NCBI GenBank assembly: GCA_031414955.1
Contig: JANOQV010000217.1
Coordinates: 1-54,818 of the forward strand
Source: Pedosphaera sp.
Lineage (GTDB): Bacteria > Verrucomicrobiota > Verrucomicrobiia > Limisphaerales > SIBH01
Reading direction: 5' to 3'
DNA: 54,818 nucleotides
Part shown: positions 49,356 through 54,818 of the stretch, one piece after another
Layout of the letters: every line of letters starts with the position of its first letter
Numbering within the stretch: the stretch's first letter is position 1
Translations under genes and position numbers: made by a program
Notes under the pieces: model-generated
What the model saw: only the letters and a program-made list of their open reading frames with translations
What the model was told of the DNA's origin: nothing
Databases searched by the model: none

Positions 49356-50780
49356 TCAACTCACATCCCGCCGTCCAGATCGCGAGACGCTGAACAGGAT
49401 CGCGCCCAGCAGCACGAATACAAACTGGATGGAGTAAATCTGGAGGGGGAAATCGAACCGGGCATGGAGCAGGCAGCCGGCCAGGGCAATCCAGACGAAG
49501 GCCACGAAGTCTCCGGGCGGGCGCAGGGCGCCCGGCCAGAACCAGCGCAGCGCGACCAACGCCCCGGCCAGGCCAAGCAGTCCGCAACCCAACCACCCGA
49601 AGCTGATGCGGTACTCCAGCCAGTCGTTGTGCAACTGGGCCGGCCAATAGTCCGTGGGCGACTGCCGGTAAACCTGGAACACGGAGTCGAAGGCTCCGGG
49701 GCCCACGCCGAAGAGCGGATAGTCCTGCGCCATGCGTTCCGCCAGCCGGTAAGTTTCGCCGCGCCCGCGCAAAGGGTCGGACGTCGTGTCCCGCAACCGT
49801 TGCGCAATTTGATCCCCGCCCAGATATGCCGCCGCCCCCAGCGTGACCGCAAAGACCAGCACGACCCCGAGTCGCGAGGCCAGCGTGGAGCTTCGCCCCG
49901 TCACGATCACGGCGGCGCAGGCACCAAGCTGAAGCAGCGCCACGGCCACGCCCCCGCGGCTCATCGAGACCAGCGAACCGGCCAACATCAAAATGAGACC
50001 CGGCCACAACCAATGATGACGTTGCGAAGGACGCCTCCCCCTGCCCTGCCGGTGCTGCCACCACCACAGCCCGAGCGCGACCGGCCAGATGAGATTGAAG
50101 AACTGCGCGGCATTGGCGCGGTAGGCGAAGGGTCCGAACTGCGCCGTGCTGAAGGCATTGTCCCGCGTCGGTTGCAACCAAAGAAGTTTCGCCGTGCCAT
50201 CCGCGCGCTGGAGAATTCCCTCGAAGGCCACCAGTGCGGCGTTGGTCGCCAGCACTCCGATCAACAAACGCAACCGCGCCGAGTGAGGACGCCCTCCCGC
50301 ATCCAGACCGGTGAGCAGCCAGTGGCGCGCAGCCCAAAAAGTCAGGGCCAGGGCCAGCCAGTTCCAGAACACCCGCCAGGTCGCCGCCTGGTCCAAACTG
50401 TGCGGCAGCCAGTCCAGATGAGGTTGCGGATCAATCCGCCATTCCTTCGCCACATAGATGAATTCCGCGTTCCAGGCGGAGACCCACACGTAACACAAGA
50501 TCAAACAGGTCAAGACAGCCAGTCCGCAGGTGAAGGCCCGGGCCGGGCCACGTTCTGAAACGAGTGGCGCGCACCCGGACCAGCGGAAGGCGAGCTGAAT
50601 CAACCACAGAATCCCCAGCACGCCGCCAGCCCGGTTCATGATCGCCTCGGCCCAAGGCTGAGTGGTGCCGAAAGCCCAGGGCGCAAAAACAGCCATGCCT
50701 AAGAGCACCAAGCCGCTCGTAAATTCCAAGGCCGGCAGGGCGCGGGCAAAAGGCGCTGATTTATTCAGGACGTTTTCCAT
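49356..50780 (-). CDS. O-antigen ligase (Wzy_C)-like membrane protein
   Basis: GPF.Y.AN, SMSRGG, PLFGVGPGAF, HNDWLE, HA..DFPLQ. Confidence 0.85.
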   Translation of the reverse strand: MENVLNKSAPFARALPALEFTSGLVLLGMAVFAPWAFGTTQPWAEAIMNRAGGVLGILWLIQLAFRWSGCAPLVSERGPARAFTCGLAVLTCLILCYVWVSAWNAEFIYVAKEWRIDPQPHLDWLPHSLDQAATWRVFWNWLALALTFWAARHWLLTGLDAGGRPHSARLRLLIGVLATNAALVAFEGILQRADGTAKLLWLQPTRDNAFSTAQFGPFAYRANAAQFFNLIWPVALGLWWWQHRQGRGRRPSQRHHWLWPGLILMLAGSLVSMSRGGVAVALLQLGACAAVIVTGRSSTLASRLGVVLVFAVTLGAAAYLGGDQIAQRLRDTTSDPLRGRGETYRLAERMAQDYPLFGVGPGAFDSVFQVYRQSPTDYWPAQLHNDWLEYRISFGWLGCGLLGLAGALVALRWFWPGALRPPGDFVAFVWIALAGCLLHARFDFPLQIYSIQFVFVLLGAILFSVSRSGRRDVS

Positions 50781-50910
50781 CGGCGCAGGCAGTTAGCCGT
50801 CCGGCCTCCGTTACAGCAAGCACAGGCTTCAGTCGCAGGAAGCAAAAGAAGTTTTGACAGGAACAAGCAGAACAAATTGACTCACACACAGTTCACCCAA
50901 AGGAACCCAA

Positions 50911-51573
50911 ATGCGATCGAACAAAAGTATTCTGGCCTTGGCCGCCCTCACTCTCGGCGCGTCCGCGCTCCATGGTGCCACCGTTTACAACAACGGCGTC
51001 TCCTACTCCGGCTTCTACCTCAACCCTGGCTCGCAGGAAGTGGGCGACGAAGTGATCCTCGGCGGGGTGGACCGGCTGTTGAGCCATTTCACTTTCGAGT
51101 ATTACGGCACGGGCTTCTCCGGCAACGAGCAGTACCGCATCCGCTTTTACAACAACGACGGCACGCCCATCGGCGGCGGCTACTTTGAGCCTGGCAGTTC
51201 CTTCTTCGACAGCGGCCTGCAAACCCTGGCCGCGCCGACCGACCCGAGCAACCGCAACACCTACGATCTCGATCTCAGCGGCGAAAACATCACCCTGCCC
51301 AACAGTTTCACCTGGACGATTCAGTTCTCCGGCGTGACCGGCGGAGAAGTCGCGGGTGTGAGCCTCTACAACCCGCCCACCACCGGCTTCAGCGACAATG
51401 ATTTCTGGCTGAACAATGCCGGCTCGTGGGAACTGCGCGGCACCAATCCCATTGCCTTCAACTTCGGCTCCACCATCACGGCTGTGCCCGAGCCTTCGAC
51501 CTACGCGCTGGCCCTGCTCGGCGGCATTTGTGGCTTTGCCTTGGTGGCCCGCCGCAAGAATGGCCGCCGGTAA
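50911..51573 (+). CDS. PEP-CTERM sorting domain protein
   Basis: Signal peptide; C-terminal VPEPSTYAL, TM segment and RRK tail. Confidence 0.93.
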   Translation: MRSNKSILALAALTLGASALHGATVYNNGVSYSGFYLNPGSQEVGDEVILGGVDRLLSHFTFEYYGTGFSGNEQYRIRFYNNDGTPIGGGYFEPGSSFFDSGLQTLAAPTDPSNRNTYDLDLSGENITLPNSFTWTIQFSGVTGGEVAGVSLYNPPTTGFSDNDFWLNNAGSWELRGTNPIAFNFGSTITAVPEPSTYALALLGGICGFALVARRKNGRR

Positions 51574-51598
51574 TTGGAAGTTTGGATTTCTCAAGAGC

Positions 51599-51632
51599 AG
51601 GGCGCGGTGCATTCACCGCGCCCTTTCCTTTT
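51599..51632 (+). terminator. Intrinsic terminator
   Basis: AGGGCGCGGTG-catt-CACCGCGCCCT followed by TTCCTTTT. Confidence 0.75.
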
Positions 51633-51716
51633 GGGAACCCGTGGAGAGTGGAACGGCTGGGCCGCAAACAATTCGAAACGCCCTCGCCTCGTTCCGCGAG
51701 AATCGCCATCTCGAAG

Positions 51717-54626
51717 TCAGTTCATGATCCGCACTCGGTAGAATCTCGCACCCGGGCTTGCCCCATCCACCACGCGCAACACTCCGCCCGTGCCCGGAAG
51801 ATTGTCCGCCACGTTTGTCCAAGGCCCGGTGACCTCGGGGGCTGAGACCACGCGATAGACCAACCCGGCCACACTCTCGAACGAGAGAAAGTTCAGACTC
51901 CCTTGTTGCTCCAACCGCACCCGCAGCGCGCTCACCGCGTCATTCGCCCGCGTGCCAGCCAGGAACTCTTGATAGTTGCTCGCGCCGTCGCCATCCAAAT
52001 CCAAGTCTCGATCCGCGCTGGAATTGGGATTGAGACCGAAGGCCAGTTCGTAGTCGTCAGGCAAGCCGTCGCCGTCCGAATCCACCGACGGGGCGACCGG
52101 CACATTGGCCGAAAACTCTGAAGTGTTCTTTGCCGCGTCCGTCGCCGTGGCCGTGACGAACGCGCCCAGGCTGACCGCATTGGTCAAAGTCACGGTGAAG
52201 GCGGCATTCCCCGCCCCATCGGTCAACACCCGTTTCGTTCCGAGGTAACGCAACCCTTCGCCATAGCCCGTGGGATCCGTCGCAGCGTTGCCGTAGAAAT
52301 CCAAATCATAAAGCCCGTTCGTCCGGCTGTTGAAGCTGCCGCTGATCGTGGTCAAGTAACGACCAGTGGCCGCGGTGAGGACCGGGAAATTTTGCAAATT
52401 GTTCGCGCCCGTGTCTCCATCCCCCGCGTCGTTGGGGGCCGGACCCGCCGTGCCCAGATCAATGCCCAGCGCGTCGTTGGCGAAAATGGAATTGCCCCGG
52501 ATGGAATTTCCCACGCAGCCATCGCGCACGCGCACCCCGGTGCGGATGTCCTGAGTGTAGCCGATACGGTTGCCCGCGCCCGGCGTCACGTCGCCAATGA
52601 TATTGCCCGTGGTGGTGGCCAGCAGTTCGACCCCGTGCCAGCGATTGCCCAGCGGCGTGATCCCATCCGCGCCCAGTCCGATGAAGTTGCCCAGGACCAC
52701 GTTGCCATTGGCTCCGGGATCACCGATGGAAATGGCGACGTTGTAATTACCCGAGATGACATTGCGCGCGCCCGGCGCCGCATCGCCAATGTAGTTGGTC
52801 GGCGAGCCATAAAGAAAAATACCGCCGTTGAAGTTGGACACCACCAGCACGCCGCTGGCGTCGGTCCCGATCAGATTGCCGAACATCCGGTTGCCCGTGG
52901 CTCCGCTGCCAATCAGATAGATACCTTTGTCAGCATTGCCAGAGATGACATTGCCGCCCCCCGGAGCCTTGGTGCCGAGGAAGTTGCGCGGCGCGTTCGT
53001 TACCCCGATACCGGACACATTGTTGCCCAATCGCTGCGTCCCCGTGACATCCGTGCCGATGTAATTCCCCGCCACGACATTATTGCTGGCCGCGCTGCCG
53101 AGCAGGAACACGCCGCTGCTGGAATTTCCCGAGACAATGTTGCGCGCTCCCGGCATCTCGCCACCCACCCAGTTCGCGGCACACTCGACGCGCACACCAT
53201 TGAATCCGTTGGCCCGCGCCCGTTGCCCCGTGGCATCCGTGCCGATGAGGTTGCCTTGCAAGGCCGTGGCCGTGCCGCCCAGCAACAGCACGCCGTTCTG
53301 CGTGTTGCCGCCGATGACGTTGCCCGCGCCCAACCCGGTCCCGCCAATGACATTGCTGATCCCAAGCGACACCGACACCCCGTTGAGCGAGTTCGGCAGC
53401 GCGTTCGTGCCCGTCGCGTCCAGCCCGATGAAGTTGCCGCTGACGACATTGGCCAGAGCATTGGACTCCAGGGACACGCCGCTTTGATTGTTGCCGGCGA
53501 TGACGTTGCGCGTCGCCGCATTGGTGCCACCGACCAGGTTGTAGCGCGCGCCCACGAGGCCGACGCCGCTGTAACGGTTGCCCAGATCGGCCGAGCCGGG
53601 GGCGTCCGTGCCGATGAAGTTCCCTTCCACGCGATTGGCTTGCGCATTGGTCCCGGTGATCAGAATCCCCCGCTCATGATTGCCCGCGATCACATTGCCC
53701 GAGCCGGGCGCGGCGCCGCCGATGACGTTCTCGCGCGCCTGATAGATCGTCACGCCATCCACGCTGTTGCTCAACGCGGCCGTGCCGGACTGCCTGGTCC
53801 CGATGTAATTCCCGATCACCCGGTTGCTCACCGCCCCGATGTCATTGAGATAAACACCGCTCTGCCCGTTGGCGGAGATGATGTTGCGCTCGGCAGCCAG
53901 CGTGCCACCAATGGTGTTGCGCGGCGCGGAGATCAGCACGCCGTTGTTGGTGTTGCCGAGGTCGGTGGTGCCATTGACATCCAGGCCGATGAAATTGCCA
54001 ATGACCACGTTGCTCTGCGCGAGCAGACCGACGATGTAAACGCCCGTCTGGTTGCCCGAGATGAGGTTGCGGTCGGCGACGTTTTTGCCCCCGATGCGAT
54101 TATTCGCCGCCTGAATGATGGCCACGCCGGCAACACTGTTGCCACCCCGCGCGATCCCCGTGGTCTGGAGGCCAAGGTAACAACCCGCCACGACGTTGCC
54201 CGCGCTGCGCAACTCGATCCCGCTGCCGCGAAATCTCTCAATGACCAGGGCGCGCACCTCGGAGTTGCCGCCTTGCACCACCAGCCCGTTCGCCGAGCCC
54301 GCAGTCGTCCCAATGATCGCCACGAGCGGATCTCCCGCGTAGCCCGGCTGCGTGGTGCCATCGATCAGAACGGCGTCGGTGAGAGTCGGGAGCGCTGAAG
54401 AAAGATTGATGAGATAGGGCGCGGCCCCGCCAATGTCGAAGGCGACGGTGTCCGGGCCCGGCGTGGCATTGGCGTCAAGCACAGCCTGCCGGAAGGACCC
54501 CGCTCCGCTGTCGTTCTTGTTAATCACGAGGAAAATCGCCGCGCCCGCCGGGCCGCAGCCAAAGGCCAGCCCGGCCGCGAGTAGGAAATTCCGGATCAAT
54601 CTGCCGTTCAAAATCAAGGCCGCCAC
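51717..54626 (-). CDS. Large secreted right-handed beta-helix repeat protein
   Basis: DSGAGSFRQAV, repeated N.V.GN.IG.D..G and RN.ISGN units, NNLQNFPVL, NTSEFS, DSDGDGLPD; ends RFYRVRIMN; start uncertain. Confidence 0.85.
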   Translation of the reverse strand: MAALILNGRLIRNFLLAAGLAFGCGPAGAAIFLVINKNDSGAGSFRQAVLDANATPGPDTVAFDIGGAAPYLINLSSALPTLTDAVLIDGTTQPGYAGDPLVAIIGTTAGSANGLVVQGGNSEVRALVIERFRGSGIELRSAGNVVAGCYLGLQTTGIARGGNSVAGVAIIQAANNRIGGKNVADRNLISGNQTGVYIVGLLAQSNVVIGNFIGLDVNGTTDLGNTNNGVLISAPRNTIGGTLAAERNIISANGQSGVYLNDIGAVSNRVIGNYIGTRQSGTAALSNSVDGVTIYQARENVIGGAAPGSGNVIAGNHERGILITGTNAQANRVEGNFIGTDAPGSADLGNRYSGVGLVGARYNLVGGTNAATRNVIAGNNQSGVSLESNALANVVSGNFIGLDATGTNALPNSLNGVSVSLGISNVIGGTGLGAGNVIGGNTQNGVLLLGGTATALQGNLIGTDATGQRARANGFNGVRVECAANWVGGEMPGARNIVSGNSSSGVFLLGSAASNNVVAGNYIGTDVTGTQRLGNNVSGIGVTNAPRNFLGTKAPGGGNVISGNADKGIYLIGSGATGNRMFGNLIGTDASGVLVVSNFNGGIFLYGSPTNYIGDAAPGARNVISGNYNVAISIGDPGANGNVVLGNFIGLGADGITPLGNRWHGVELLATTTGNIIGDVTPGAGNRIGYTQDIRTGVRVRDGCVGNSIRGNSIFANDALGIDLGTAGPAPNDAGDGDTGANNLQNFPVLTAATGRYLTTISGSFNSRTNGLYDLDFYGNAATDPTGYGEGLRYLGTKRVLTDGAGNAAFTVTLTNAVSLGAFVTATATDAAKNTSEFSANVPVAPSVDSDGDGLPDDYELAFGLNPNSSADRDLDLDGDGASNYQEFLAGTRANDAVSALRVRLEQQGSLNFLSFESVAGLVYRVVSAPEVTGPWTNVADNLPGTGGVLRVVDGASPGARFYRVRIMN

Positions 54627-54818
54627 CTTACCACACCGCCCATTCGAGGCAAGCTTCGGCAGGCCAAGGAGTGGCGTCCGGGTGCATCTTGACACTGTTC
54701 TTAAAGTGAGGTGGTCACGGTTCCTCGACCGGCAAAAACAAGAACATGGCTGTCGTGTCGTCACATGAAAAAAGCATCGCCCCCAAGTCAACCCAGTCCC
54801 GCGCCCAAGCCCCGGCCC

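Noticed and set aside
52400..54200. Repetitive DNA as a possible CRISPR or non-coding array
   Set aside because: The repeats are degenerate and explained by beta-helix protein repeats; there are no identical repeats with spacers and no cas genes.

Overview
A high-GC bacterial chromosomal window with about 48 genes, mostly housekeeping. The source is probably Verrucomicrobiota (inference from the PEP-CTERM protein, LpxI, the PVC-type omega subunit and secreted proteins ending in FYR[L/V]). Recognisable genes include apbE, mscS, mtnA, two SPFH genes (the first frameshifted), a PPi-type PEP carboxykinase, yacG, a SAM-I riboswitch controlling a ThrC-like enzyme plus a MoaD/ThiS-type sulfur carrier, a PAS kinase/NarL pair, mnmA, chrA, bcp, lpxI, an RluA-family gene, moxR, rpoZ, smpB, eno and rsgA. 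A small accessory islet carries a lipoprotein, a PD-(D/E)XK nuclease and a DUF433/PIN pair. The most striking non-annotated signal is a set of palindromic mini-elements. A four-helix-bundle gene is bracketed by a perfect 26-bp inverted repeat made of heptamers and sits inside an apparent operon. Empty heptamer hairpins of similar design occur at several other gene junctions, and repeat-derived segments are inserted in frame in mtnA and in the PEP carboxykinase. No rRNA, tRNA, CRISPR array, integrase or transposase was seen. All calls come from reading the sequence; no searches were run, and several start codons were chosen by eye.
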